64,000 bases of DNA, from the NCBI GenBank assembly GCA_002269645.1, contig NIVC01002598.1:58676-122675 (forward strand), given 5' to 3'. The notes below the pieces were generated by a model, which saw nothing but the letters and a program-made list of their open reading frames with translations, did no database searches and had not been told where the DNA came from. Source of the stretch: Macrostomum lignano. Taxonomy: Eukaryota. This document shows positions 1-21,080 of the stretch, piece by piece; positions within the stretch are counted from its first letter, which is position 1, and each line of letters opens with the position of its first letter. Position numbers and translations under genes: made by a program.

Positions 1-85
1 AACACATGAAAACATATTTTGGTTATTATCTTGTCTGCCTTCTTAAACAGTATTAAATCGAAAATCACTCATCCAGCCAGGCTCA

Positions 86-8297
<8,212 letters not shown>

Positions 8298-8539
8298 GGC
8301 TTTGGTTTTGTAAACTTGTTATTGCTAAGGGAGAAAGCCTTGCAAAATTTCTTTGCACAAAATTGCTCAATAGAATTGAGCTTTTGAATTGCTGCATGCA
8401 TTAGGGTCATTTTATATTTTAATTATTCTGATTTAAAGTAAGTTTAAGCTACAAATTTAAAGGAAATTGACACAAAAGCAGGTATTAAAATTATTGCTCA
8501 TGCCTACATAGAAATTGTTATACAAGACTAAATAGAGCC

Positions 8540-9740
8540 TTACTAGCAATCTACGCCCCCCGTTGGGGAGCCAAAGAAATGCAATATGCAATACACGTTT
8601 TTTTAATAAGCTACATGTATCCTTGAAATCTTAAAAAATCTCCTATCAAACCTTGTAAGCCTTGACATGTCAGTAATTCCCCCCCCACAAGCTTTAACAT
8701 ATCAACTTCCCCCCTTGACATCTCAGCCATGCCCCCAATAAGCCTTGGAAATCTAAAAATATCTGTCAACCTTCTAACCCTAACCCTAGCCTAACCCTAA
8801 CCCTAACCCTAACCCTAACCCTAACCTAACCCTAAAGCATTGAAATTTCAGTAATTCTCTCTAAGAGTCATTATAGCACTACTACAGCATTATAGCGATT
8901 CCCTGCAAGCCTCGACATCGTAGGGATTCCCAAATGAATATCTTAACTTCGACATGAAGCTTCTTTTATTTTTTACATTACGCTTTTTTAATCAGCGATC
9001 CCTCCCCTGAGGAGGCATCAAATAATGTAATAAAAAGTTTTCAATAAACTACATGTAGCTTCTGACTTTAGCCTTGAAATCTCATTTATACCCCCGTGAG
9101 CCTTGACATCTCAGCTATTCCCCCCGTAAGCCTTAACATGTCAGCGATGGCGCCCATAAACCTTGAAATCTGAAAAATCCCCTGCTAACCTTGAAACTCG
9201 ATAAAATATAACCCTCAACCCACACCTGACCTAAACCTAACTTTAACCCAACATAAAGCCTTGAAATCTCAGCAATTCTTCTCCCCTAAGCCTTGACATT
9301 TTAGTGATTCCTTCTTTAAGAATCACAGCACTATAACGATTTCCACCTAGCTTTGACATCGTAGCAATTCCCAAATGAATCTTTTAACTTCTACATGACT
9401 TTTCTTTTATGTATACATAGTGCTACTTTTATTTTTTACATGACTCTTCTTCTATCAGCGCCCCCCGTGGCGAGCCAACAAAGAATGCAATAAAAAAATT
9501 GAGTAAAGTACATGAACTTTGAATTAGCTTCTGACTTTTGCTTTGACATCTCAGAAACCCCCCCCCCCGTAATCTCAGTTATTCTCTGAGAGCCTTGACG
9601 TCTCAGTTTTTCTCCCCAGCACAGCATTATAGCTGCATTTAATTTTTCCATGACACCTTTCATGTCTGACATGACGCTTCTTTTATTCTACTATGATGCT
9701 TCTTAATTTTTTAAATGACAATTTTATTAGTTTTTAAATG
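8540..9740. repeat. Old diverged direct repeat of about 450 bp (about 2.6 units)
   Basis: Unit starts at about 8545, 8990 and 9452 (CGCCCCCCG..GAGCCAA..AATGCAAT-like). Units share AGCCTTGACAT/AGCCTTGAAATCT motifs. Confidence 0.6.
8774..8835. repeat. Interstitial telomere-type (CCCTAA)n tract
   Basis: About 10 CCCTAA/CTAACC units with two variants, embedded in the first 450-bp unit. Confidence 0.8.
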
Positions 9741-12678
9741 ACACTTCTATGATTTTTTTATGACGCTTCTATGATTTTAACATGACGCTTCTATGATTTT
9801 TTCATGACGCTTCTATGATTTTTTACATGACGCTTGTATGATTGTTTACATGACGCTTCTATGATTTTTAAAATGACGCTTCTATGATTTTTTAAATGAC
9901 GCTTCTATGATTGTTTACATGACGCTTTTATGATTTTTACATGACGCTTCTATGATTTTTTACATGACGCTTCTATGATTGTTTAAATGACGCTTCTATG
10001 ATTGTTTACATGACGCTTCTATGATTTTTTAAATGACGTTTTTTTGATTTTTATATGAAGCCTCTATGATTTTTTAAATGACGCTTCTATGATTTTTATA
10101 TTACGCTCTTACGATTTTTTACATGACGCTTCTATGATTGTTTACACGATGCTTCTATGATTTTTTACATGACTCTTCTATGATTTTTACATGACGCTTT
10201 AATGATTTTTTCATGACGCTTCTACGATTTTTTACATGAAGCTTCTATGATTGTTTGCATGACGCTTCTATGATTTTTTACATGACGCTTCTATGATTTT
10301 TTACATGACGCTTCTATGATTTTTTACATGACGCTTCTATGTTTGTTTACATGACGCTTCTATGATTTTTTACATGACACTTCTATGCTTTTTACATGAT
10401 GCTTCCACGATTTTTTACATGACTCTTTTATGATTGTTTACATGACGCTTCTATGATTTTTTACAAGACGCTTCTATGATTGTTTACATGACGCTTCTAT
10501 GATTGTTTACATGACGCTTCTATGATTTTTTAAATGACGCTTCTATGATTTTTATATGACGCTTCTACGATTTTTTACATGACTCTTTTATGATTTTTTA
10601 CATGACGCTTCTATGATTGTTTACATGACGCTTCTATGATTTTTTACATGACGCTTCTATGATTGTTTACACGACGCTTCTATGATTTTTTACATGACGC
10701 TTCTATGATTGTTTACACAACGCTTCTATGATTTTTTACATGACACTTCTATGATTGTTTACATGACGCTTCTATGATTGTTTATATGACGCTTCTATGA
10801 TTTTTTAAATGACGCTTCTACGATTTTTTACATGACACTTCTATGATTTTTTAGATGACGCTTCTATGATTGTTTACACGATGCTTCTATGATTTTTTAC
10901 ATGACGCTTCTATGATTTTTTAAATGACGCTTCTATGATTGTTTACATGACGCTTTTATGATTTTTACATGACGCTTCTATGATTTTTTACATGACGCTT
11001 CTATGATTGTTTACATGACGCTTCTATGATTGTTTACATGACGCTTCTATGATTTTTTAAATGACGTTTTTTTGATTTTTATATGACGCCTCTATGATTT
11101 TTTAAATGACGCTTCTATGATTTTTATATTACGCTCTTACGATTTTTTACATGACGCTTCTATGATTGTTTACACGATGCTTCTATGATTTTTTACATGA
11201 CTCTTCTATGATTTTTACATGACGCTTTAATGATTTTTTCATGACGCTTCTACGATTTTTTACATGAAGCTTCTATGATTGTTTGCATGACGCTTCTATG
11301 ATTTTTTACATGACGCTTCTATGATTTTTTACATGACGCTTCTATGATTTTTTACATGACGCTTCTATGATTGTTTACATGACGCTTCTATGATTTTTTA
11401 CATGACACTTCTATGCTTTTTACATGATGCTTCCACGATTTTTTACATGACTCTTTTATGATTGTTTACATGACGCTTCTATGATTTTTTACAAGACGCT
11501 TCTATGATTGTTTACATGACGCTTCTATGATTGTTTACATGACGCTTCTATGATTTTTTAAATGACGCTTCTATGATTTTTATATGACGCTTCTACGATT
11601 TTTTACATGACTCTTTTATGATTTTTTACATGACGCTTCTATGATTGTTTACATGACGCTTCTATGATTTTTTACATGACGCTTCTATGATTGTTTACAC
11701 GACGCTTCTATGATTTTTTACATGACGCTTCTATGATTGTTTACACGACGCTTCTATGATTTTTTACATGACACTTCTATGATTGTTTACATGACGCTTC
11801 TATGATTGTTTATATGACGCTTCTATGATTTTTTAAATGACGCTTCTACGATTTTTTATATGACGCTTCTATGATTTTTTAAATGACGCTTCTACGATTT
11901 TTTACATGACACTTCTATGATTTTTTAGATGACGCTTCTATGATTGTTTACACGATGCTTCTATGATTTTTTACATGACGCTTCTATGATTTTTTACATG
12001 ACGCTTCTATGATTGTTTACATGACGCTTCTATGATTTTTTACAAGACGCTTCTATGATTGTTTACATGACGCTTCTATGATTGTTTATATGACGCTTCT
12101 ATGATTTTTTACATGACGCTTCTATGATTTTTTACATGACGCTTCTATGATTGTTTACACGATGCTTCTATGATTTTTTACATGACGCTTCTATGATTTT
12201 TTACATGACGCTTCCATGATTTTTTACATGACGCTTCTATGCTTTTTTACATGACGCTTCTATGATTTTTTACATGACGCTTCTATGATTATTTCATGAC
12301 GCTTCTACGATTTCTGCAGGACGCTTCAATGATTTTTACATGACACCTCTATGATTTTTATATGACACCTCTATGATTTTTACATGACGCTTGTATGATT
12401 TTTACATGACGCTTCTATGATTTTTTACATGACGCTACTATGATTTTTACATTACGCTTCTATGATTGTTTACATGACGCTTCCATGATTGTTTACATGA
12501 CGCTTCTATGATTTTTTACATGACGCTTCTATGATTGTTTACATGACGCCTCTATGATTTTTTACATGACACTTCTATGCTTTTTACATGATGCTTCCAC
12601 GATTTTTTACATGACACTTCCACGATTTTTTACATGACGCTTCTATGATTTTTTACATGACGCTTCTATGATTTTTTT
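9740..12678. repeat. About 3-kb satellite, 22-23 bp unit, with an internal duplication of about 1.03 kb
   Basis: Unit ATGACGCTTCTATGATTTTTT(T)AC, more than 120 copies. The rare variant ATGACGTTTTTTTGATT occurs at 10033 and 11061 (period 1028) with the same following order of variants. Confidence 0.96.
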
Positions 12679-14778
12679 AGTTTTCTTGGCGTTAAAAAGC
12701 TTTAATTAAAAAAACTCTACTCTCTAAAAATTCGAACCATCGTTTCTGCATTTAGCAGTTCAGTCTGTTTACCTCTAGGCTAGCTCTCATCGTTTTGATA
12801 ACATGAATTCAGCACTTATAATTATAAGTTTCAAAACTCCAAGCATAGAGTAAATCACACGAGGCAGTTATTACATAATCAACTTCTCAGTCAGTCAGTA
12901 TCAGTTAACAATATGGTTGCGCAATCTAAATCAAGTCTGGTGCTACGCTTCCACACTGCATTTTCAATACTGTGACGCAATTCAAGTCGGAGTTACAATT
13001 CAGTTATGATGTAATCCATTTCAGAATCAGAATTCAACCAGTCAGTTTTTTCTCTAGCATTCTTACAATGCATTTCAAGTCGAAAAGTTTGCTTGACCTT
13101 TGCAAAAAAGCATGTTTTTCGAATATTTAATCGATTTAACATGGAGCAATTTCTTAGCCAAGATGCATGTACCATCCCAGGAAAATTTCTGATCGAACAG
13201 TGCAAGTTCGAAGAAAATCGGTCCAGCCATTTTTTCTCTAATCGATTGCTTACAAACAAACAAGATTTTCATTTTTAGTATATAGGATGCATATATTCTA
13301 GACACTTGATATTAAAACAAAGGTTTTTAGGCCTAGCTTTTATAAGTAGGCCTATTATATTATTAGTATATTTACTTCATACCATTTTGCCAACACTATT
13401 CTATATCCCTTTAAATTTAAAACTATATAAGAAGACTTTAGCCTACATTGTATAAAAATTATAATGACAGTGCAAAAGGGAAAAAAGGACTAATTTGAAG
13501 TGTTGTAGGCCTACTACTAAAACCCTAACATAAAGCATATAGCAAGCAAGAGAAAGGGTGATTTGCTATAAGCCACTAAGGGCCTAGCCTAGGCCAATGA
13601 CCTAGGAGCAAATGAATTACCCACAAAAATTGCTTACTGAGATTTGTCTATTAAGATTTGCCTACCAAGATTTTCCTATCAAGAATTTTCTATAGTATAT
13701 TTTGCCTATAAGCAAATTGCCTATCAAGATTTGCCTATGAGCAAATTATTCACTAAGATTTTTTGCCAATTTTTGTCCACAATGCATATTTTCCTACTGT
13801 GCATTTAGCCATGCAATGGATTCAGCTAGATTCAATCTGCATTACCCCCCAAATGCTATTTAATAAGTTAGTATTATGTATATAGGCCTAAGTCTAAATA
13901 AAGAGATTTGGAAAACAAAGCGACATAGCATATTCATGAATTAATAGCTCACTGATATACCTATGCATATATATAATTATATAGAACTAAATAGGCCTAT
14001 CAAGTGGCAAGTGCAAACCTTGCAAGAAACCTTGTCCTTGACAAAAAACTGGTGATCCTTTGGTTTCCCACTCTAAATGATTTAAACCCCTTTTTGAACT
14101 TTTCAGAGTCCAATAAGCTCACAAAGTTCTTCTAAGAGTTCACAGAGTTCTATATAGGATAGTAGCAGTGGCGGATCCAGGACTCCTTTTTTTTTGGGGG
14201 GGGGGGAAGGCAGACAAGGGGCGCACTATTGCTAGAGGGGCTCCATATGCACCTAGCACCTTAGTCCTTAGACCTTAGCTATATTCTTCTCAATGTCCTT
14301 TGTGATAATTATTGACATGCAAAGCAACATAAAATTAATGGCTAATTGACTTTACACAAAATGTAAATTTCTTGCTGGGTGTGTGTGGTAGTTTAAGTTT
14401 GTCATTTAGCTGCAATGAAAGTAGCCTTAGGCCTAGGCTAGGCATGTAGCAAATTGGAAAAATGATTAAACAGCTAAGTTTCAAGTAATGTGTTCAGCAC
14501 TGCTTGAATGTTAGTCGGAGGGACATATTGTCATATTGACTATAAAATGCGAATAGTTAGCTTTATTAAAAGGTGCAATTGCAATGCAAGCTTTATTAAC
14601 CAGTTGTTAACTTAGCTAGCTTTATAAAAAATTCACGCGCAGCTTGTAGTGATAGCTAGTTGTTAATAGCAAAAAGATGGATGCTTGCAAAAAGGGTGAA
14701 AATTCAAATAACAAAGTCTTTACGGCATGAACCACTTCTGCAAAATTGATCAATCACCTGATCCACAGTCAATGCAAC

Positions 14779-17240
14779 CTAAGGGTGGGTGTGCAACAGA
14801 GCCAGACTGACAAGTCTGTCCTGCTGCATGGTAGAACGCAAATACAACTTCAAGCATTGCAAACTAGAAAAAGATACTTCAACAGTTGCAGTTGAGACAG
14901 GTAAAGTTGCAGCAATTTTCAGCAGTGCAAAAATGTTAGGGAAAAAATGTAGCATTGCAGTTAGCCAGCGCCTCAATCGCAGTGTCGGCTGCAGCCGCAG
15001 ATTTTGACCTTTGATGGCTTTGATGGCTCGTACACATCAGCATGGTCAAGTGTTCCTCTGGCGTTTCTTCGCTAGCACCACGCCCCTGCTGACAGCCTCT
15101 ACAACGAGGGATGCGCAGCTCTATGTCCGCTTCAGCTGCAGCTTCGGATGCTGACGACCGATACTTTTGAAGGCAGTGCTGGCTTCTGCCTGCATCTTTT
15201 CCAGCGTGACACGCACGTTTTCGATGTGCTTGCTTGCTATAAACAGATCGATACTAACTTTCTGAAGGAAGCTGGACAGAGGCCGGATTACTGCCATCAC
15301 CCCGCCCATCACATGCAGCGCCATGATGAAGTTCGGCATTGTGCAGGCGGCCTTCAGCATCTGCGCCTTGGCAGCAGTTATTGGATCGCAATCGGAGGCG
15401 GATTCGCAGAAATCAAGAAATTCCACAATTGATGCCAAAAGCTGCGAAAACACGAGCACGGCGTCATTCCGCTCGACCCAGCGAGTATCGCAGAGGGTTA
15501 GCAGTTTCCGCTGACGGCTTCTGCACGAGCCACTTGCGGTAACTCTTTGAAAGAGCTCGAGCCGCTTTGCCGATGAACTGACGAAGTTTGTTACTTCTCC
15601 TAATACTCCCATTGCGTTACGAAATGGGGGCAGTTTGCAGGCATGAACGAGTGCAAGGTTTAGGCAGTGACTTGTGCAGTGAATGTAGTACACTTCTGCC
15701 GAACATATGCCTGAACTCCATTGAACTCACCCCGCATTGCAGCGGCTCCATCGTAGCCTTGACCTACGAGTAGGTGGTAGTTGATGCCCAACTTCTCGAG
15801 AAAACTGAATAATGCAGCGGCGAGTGCTGAGCCGGACTGATCGGTCACATGAACAAATTCGAGAAAATCTTCCGAGAGTGCAGTCAGCATCGACGTACCG
15901 AGCAGCAACTGACATCTGCTCCTTTGTTGAGATGTCACATGTCTCATCCATGAGTACAGAAAAACATTTTGCTGCATTGACTTTGGTGGCCAGAGTTTCC
16001 TGAATCACGCAACCAGCGGCTTCGAGGAGCTCGTTTTGAATTTTCTTGCTGATGTACGTTGCATTTGCTGCTGAATTCTTGAGATGTTTCTCCAACGCTT
16101 CGTCACAAGCATCAAAACGAAACTGCAGTAAAGCGCGAAAGTTGCCGCTGCCTGAAACCATCGAATTGTCGTCACTCGTGTCAGAGTTGACACTTGAAAG
16201 CGGGCCATCGTCGCAGTGACCGCGAAGTGGAATGTTTTGTCTTCCACAGAGCAAAAGCGTCTTCACGATTGGCCGCAGTCGATTTCGATTCTCTGCTGCC
16301 TGTCGTTGCCGCGCTTCGTCCAGCTGCTTCACCACGTCGCTGCGAGCTGCTGCTTGCTGCTTGAAGGTGGCCGCGCGTGCCATAGCATCTTGGTGATACG
16401 CTGTTGCAGCATGGGAGGTGACATAGCCGTTTGCACCAAACAGACGGTCCTACTCAAGGGCTTCGAAACTAGGAAGCCGAGCTGCTGGTTGCGTACATCC
16501 CCAGACGCTGGCCCAAAAAGCGCACAGAACCGACAGAAAAGCCCAGATCGAGCTTCTGAGAAGGCTAGAAAGCTGTGCTTCTGCAGGTGCTCATGTCTTA
16601 GATAGCGCTTTTCAGCCTTGCCCTTTACAATGCGCGTGGAGTAAGGCATTGAGTAGTTGGCTGACGGCTATCAGGCAGAGTCAAGCAGCTTAAGACGAAT
16701 GTGGTCATTCAGGTGTTCACTCAGAGGGCCACCAGCAACGTACAAACCGAAGTCGATCATGCAGATTCCCCTGCCAGTATCTTCAGCAGTAGAAGCATGG
16801 CCTCTGGCAGCAGGGACGCCGGATTCAGCAGCAGCAGGGGCGCCGGATTCAACAGCAGCAGGGGCGCCGGATTCAACAGCAGCAGGGGCGCCGGATTCAG
16901 CAGCAGCAGGGGCACCGGATTCAGCAGCAGCAGGGGCGCCGGATTCAACAGCAGCAGGGGCGCCGGATTCAACAGCAGCAGGGGCGCCGGATTCAGCAGC
17001 AGCAGGTGCGCCGGATTCAGCAGCAGCAGGGGCGCCAGATTCAACAGCAGCAGGGGCGCCGGATTCAGCAGCAGCAGGGGCGCCAGATTCAGCAGCAGCA
17101 GGGGCGCCGGATTCAGCAGCAGGATGTCCAGAAGTTTTGCTCAGGAAAGTGCTAATTCCTACTGTGCTTCTGGCGCTTTCCTTGAGAAGATGAAGCTTTT
17201 TCTTGCGTCTGTTTTCAGCCCCGGAGGCTCCATGTTTCAT
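14779..17240 (-). pseudogene. hAT transposase pseudogene (ZMYM1/THAP12-like class)
   Basis: Fragments carry a TTF-type Zn finger (GLFCRFCALF), LLCGRQNIPLRGH, GNFRALL, FSVLMDETCDIS, GQGYDGAAAM, HCTSHCLN, TRW and the dimerisation motif LPVSTATVEVSFSSL...RLVSLALL. Lesions: in-frame TGA-TAG at 16673-16668, frameshifts near 16445, 15870 and 15695, and an apparent deletion near 15000-15120. Confidence 0.93.
16812..17120 (-). repeat. 24-bp coding VNTR (AAAESGAP x13) in the transposase N-terminus
   Basis: Unit GGGGCGCCGGATTCAGCAGCAGCA, in frame within ORF 16671..17240. Confidence 0.93.
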
Positions 17241-18336
17241 TGCAACGGAGATTTGAATGCTTATTGCAATTTTTGAGGAACTTGGAAATCAGCAACATTT
17301 TTTAAAATAGTTTAATTCCTTTTAAGCTCGGGTGTTCCCAGGCTGGGGTGGGCGCCGAAGTCGGCCACTTGCTAAACCGCGCTAAACTGCAAAGTGAGGC
17401 CACCCCAGCACCCCTCAATGTACATGTGCCGCAGCTGCAAGTAATTTCTTCTCTTCGACCATTTGCTCTTTGTCTCTGATTACTCAGCTGTTTTCTCTCT
17501 CTGTCTAGTTCAGTCTTGACTCTTGTTTTCTTATCTTTCCCTCCCCTTGCTGCCTTCTGATTGGCCCAAGCTTGCCTCTTTCCTCAGTCACGTACTTTAC
17601 CCCTCTTGTTTTCTTAATCTGCCTAACCCCCCTGATTTAATGTCTTGTAAATAACATTTGTTTGGGCCAGCGTGGGCCCACTTCCACTGAACTGACTCAT
17701 TGCACCTATCTATTTGCAGCATAGGCCTAACTTGCGCTTCCCAACTAGGATGGCTAACTGCCAGTTGGTTTTAGGAAGCTGCTCCATCACTGGCTTAGTG
17801 GGCATCTAGCGTGTATCACAGTGAGCGCCTAGCTGAGGTCAACTTTGGGGGGGACAGCTACTCCCTGCCCCCTCCCCTGTATCTACCTCTGGATAGTAGT
17901 GTGTTATCTAGTAGAGGATATTGCCAAAATGCTAATGAAAGAAAGCCTAGCCCCACATGAACTCCTAGAAGTACATTTCAAATAAATTGTGGATATTCCA
18001 TGTATAACTCAAAACTTGGCATTGTAGTTGCCCCATATTCTCTCTACAATATTCATGTAAGCCACTGGGTTGTTGGGGTCCCGGAAATGCAACAAATGGT
18101 TGACTGTCAAATAGTTGGCCAATATGTAGGCAGCCCATTGGTCTAGGGTTTAAATAATTTAGAGTGGGAAACCAAAAGATTGCCAAAAAACTTAGTAGGC
18201 AATTTGTTCATAGGCAAGAAACTCTTGTCAAGAAAAGCTTAATATTCAAATCTCCTGCAAGCAAATCTCAGAAGACAATTTATCTATAGGAAATTCTCAT
18301 GGACCCCAGTGACCTAGCTATATCTACCTATATAGC

Positions 18337-18635
18337 CATACATGCGCAACCTCCGAAATTCGGTCGGCCATGCGACTTAGTTTTAACAAAAATGCGACGT
18401 AGTTTTTGGCCAAAAATGCGACTTAGATGTAAAAAAAACCCTAAAGCTAAATTAACGCAACTTTGGGTAAACGGCAGGAGTAACTATGACTGTCTTATTA
18501 ACTTAAAATGCCTCGTCAGCTACTTAGTACTACTACTTCGTTATTTTTTCGGGTGGGCGTTTTTGCGACTTCCTTGGTTGGCCGCCAAATCGGTCAGCCG
18601 GATCGGCCGACTCGGCTGACTGTTGCGCATGTATG
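18337..18635. mobile_element. hAT-type MITE, 299 bp
   Basis: 14-bp perfect TIR CATACATGCGCAAC / GTTGCGCATGTATG. 8-bp TSD TATATAGC at 18329-18336 and 18636-18643. Confidence 0.9.
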
Positions 18636-20859
18636 TATATAGCCTACCTATATTTATATCATAATTTCAAACTTTTCTATTAGGCCTATGTTCTTTTAAT
18701 CTCTAACTAAATTAGTTTGAGTTTACCCATATATGCATAACCTTGGGAATCACTTGGCCATTTCTATTGGCAACAAATGTAAGTCACTATTGGCTAAGAG
18801 CAGTCACGTGACTACTATTCTGTCCAATAGGCCTAGTGACTTTGACTTACATGTGTATATTGCCAATAGAAATGGCCGGGTAAATCCCTAGGTTGCGCCC
18901 AAGCATGAGTTTATCCAACTTTTGTCTAAAAGACTCTAAGTCCAATGAAATTTTAAGTTTTTTTTCCTTTCTATTTGTCATTTGATAAATCTTAGACTTA
19001 GGCCTATTTGCCTGAATAAAAAAGACACATTCACCCTTACTTTTGAAAATTAATCAAGAAAGAAAGATAAAATGGCAATTATATGAAAATTTTATAGGCC
19101 TATTTATGAAATTTAGGTAGGCCCTATCCTAATATTAAATATCTTATTTTAGGCCAAATTAGTTAACTAGGTCTAACCCACTCACTAACCCACTCAATAA
19201 CCCTAACCCACTCACTACAATTGGCATATAGGGGCAGGCCTAGCCCTAAGGGCTAAGGGGCCTAAATATTGTGGCCAACTCAAGTAGAAAATTTAGAAAT
19301 ATAGGCCTAAGCAAGTTCAGATTGACAACATTGCTGTGTGCACTAAAACTGAAAAAGCTGAAACTGGCTGACTGCCTTCTACACATTGAAAACATTGTCA
19401 AGCACACGACAAGCAGTAGCCTAAGCCTGGCTAGAATCGTTATTTTTCTCTTGGCTTACTTTCATTAATCCGGTTCGGTTCCGGCAAAACTGGAATATAA
19501 TGACAAAGCTAATATTATTATCATTTTTAATTTTTTGCTAAGTCCTTAATAATAACTTTGAAAATGAAACCACACAAAGTAGCTACTTACTGTTGCGAAG
19601 CCAATTTCTTTGTTTAATTGCGTTAGGCGAAAAGATTTGTAGTTTGAACTTTCTTCATTATATGAAATATTTTTTATTTATCGCGCTCCAACAAGTCAAG
19701 TCACAACAACAGACAGAATTAAGTTAAGTTTAACAGTGTCTATCTGTTCTGCTAGAAAATAAAAATGATAACTCAAAGCTAGACACATATTCGCTATTTG
19801 TCTAATCACTGCAACCTAACTTTTTGACTGGATTTTTTAGCTCATGAATGAAATTAAATTTTACCAAAAGATGTCATATAATAGCTTAGCTATTTTGTTC
19901 AAGCGTGAAACAAAGCAATACATAATATAAAAGATGATATGCTTCTGACACCTACACTCGTAGTAAGATTGAATTTCTAAAAAGAGAAATAAAAAGTCAA
20001 ACATACTTGTTGTCTTTCAAATGAAAAAAGTGCATTTTAGATGAACTCTTGTTATATGTATTTGTACGTTTAGTGTCTACCTAATGTTACATGTTTATAA
20101 TTCTTATAAGTCTTTATAAATATACAAGCTTTTAAACTGCTAATATTTTGAACAGTAGGCAGCTCTTATTGGCGACAACTTGTATATGTTTTGTAAAGTA
20201 TTATAATTTAATATTTTTGCAAAAATATGTTATCATAATGATAGAGACTTCAATTAAAAATATTCTTTATAAAATAGTCACATGCAGTTGTTGAATTCAT
20301 TCATTTGTTATGCGAAATTATCTCAGCATAAATTTGGGAGGGTTTTAACATTTCACTATGAACTCCTATTTTTGTTGATTAGCTAATGAAAATTAATTAA
20401 AAACCATTTTTAAATCCAATGCTATTATATTGAACTGTAAAAAATATTGCATATTGCATATTGATATTGATATTGAGTATCAATTCTATTATTCTATTTG
20501 CCTCTTGGTAAAAGCCAGAAATAATACAAGGCTACCAAAAACTGATTGCTATCTGGAACTAGTTCTAGCAGGCAGTTTTAGCCCTGCAAAACTAGCCATT
20601 AAGTCACATGGAATGCATTCTAGGCAATCTTATGCTTGGGATAGCAATTGAAAATTTTGATAAACCATAGAATCTGCACTTTAATTCTAGTCCTAAAGAA
20701 CCCCGGATTCCCGGCTAGCTGCTATCACCAGAGCCATCGAATATTTTCCAGCCTCCTTCTCATCTTATTCGAGACAAAAAGTGGAACACACGGCCGATAA
20801 AGTTAATCTATATGATGCGAGACGAGCATGCCAGAGAGGAAGGTTGGGAAGCGCAAGGC

Positions 20860-21080
20860 TTGGCCAAATTGCTAATTCGCCATTGGTCAGGTTGATTCGC
20901 ATCCTGGGATCAAGCACCGAGTCTGGCCTGGGAATTTAATCTCTTCTTCCCGGTGGTATAAACCCCTGCTCCCCCAGCCGCTCCTCTCCATCCATACGTA
21001 TTCCCATGCGCTAATTTCTCCTCTTGGCTCAGCTCATGCTGATGCCCATTCTTGCCAGTTTTATCTTGAATTCTACCACA
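20860..21080 (+). promoter_or_regulatory. Possible promoter or LTR-like segment upstream of PITPNM
   Basis: GC-richer island with an inverted CCAAT (ATTGG, about 20882) and GGTATAAACCCC (about 20958), followed by a pyrimidine-rich tract. This is a motif-level call only. Confidence 0.25.

Larger units (their letters stand above)
14166..17891 (-). mobile_element. Full-length but inactivated hAT DNA transposon, 3726 bp
   Basis: Imperfect TIRs: CAGTGGCGGATCCAGG (14166) and CCTGTATCTACCTCTG (ends 17891). Perfect 8-bp TSD GATAGTAG at 14158-14165 and 17892-17899. An internal transposase is present. Confidence 0.93.
13625..18300. mobile_element. Older inverted-repeat (foldback-like) element interrupted by the hAT insertion
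   Basis: Arm 13625-13790 (AAATTGCCTA/AGATTTGCCTA modules ending TTTTTTGCCAAT) is the reverse complement of arm 18165-18300 (ATTGCCAAAAAA...TAGGCAATTT). No TSD was resolved. Confidence 0.55.

Noticed and set aside
8774-8835. A true chromosome end or fusion site
   Set aside because: The tract is short, in one orientation only, and has a degenerate counterpart in the neighbouring repeat unit.
16668-16673. Stop-codon recoding or an alternative genetic code to explain TGA TAG in the transposase
   Set aside because: The same element has several frameshifts, and host genes in the window end at standard TAG/TGA stops, so simple decay explains it.
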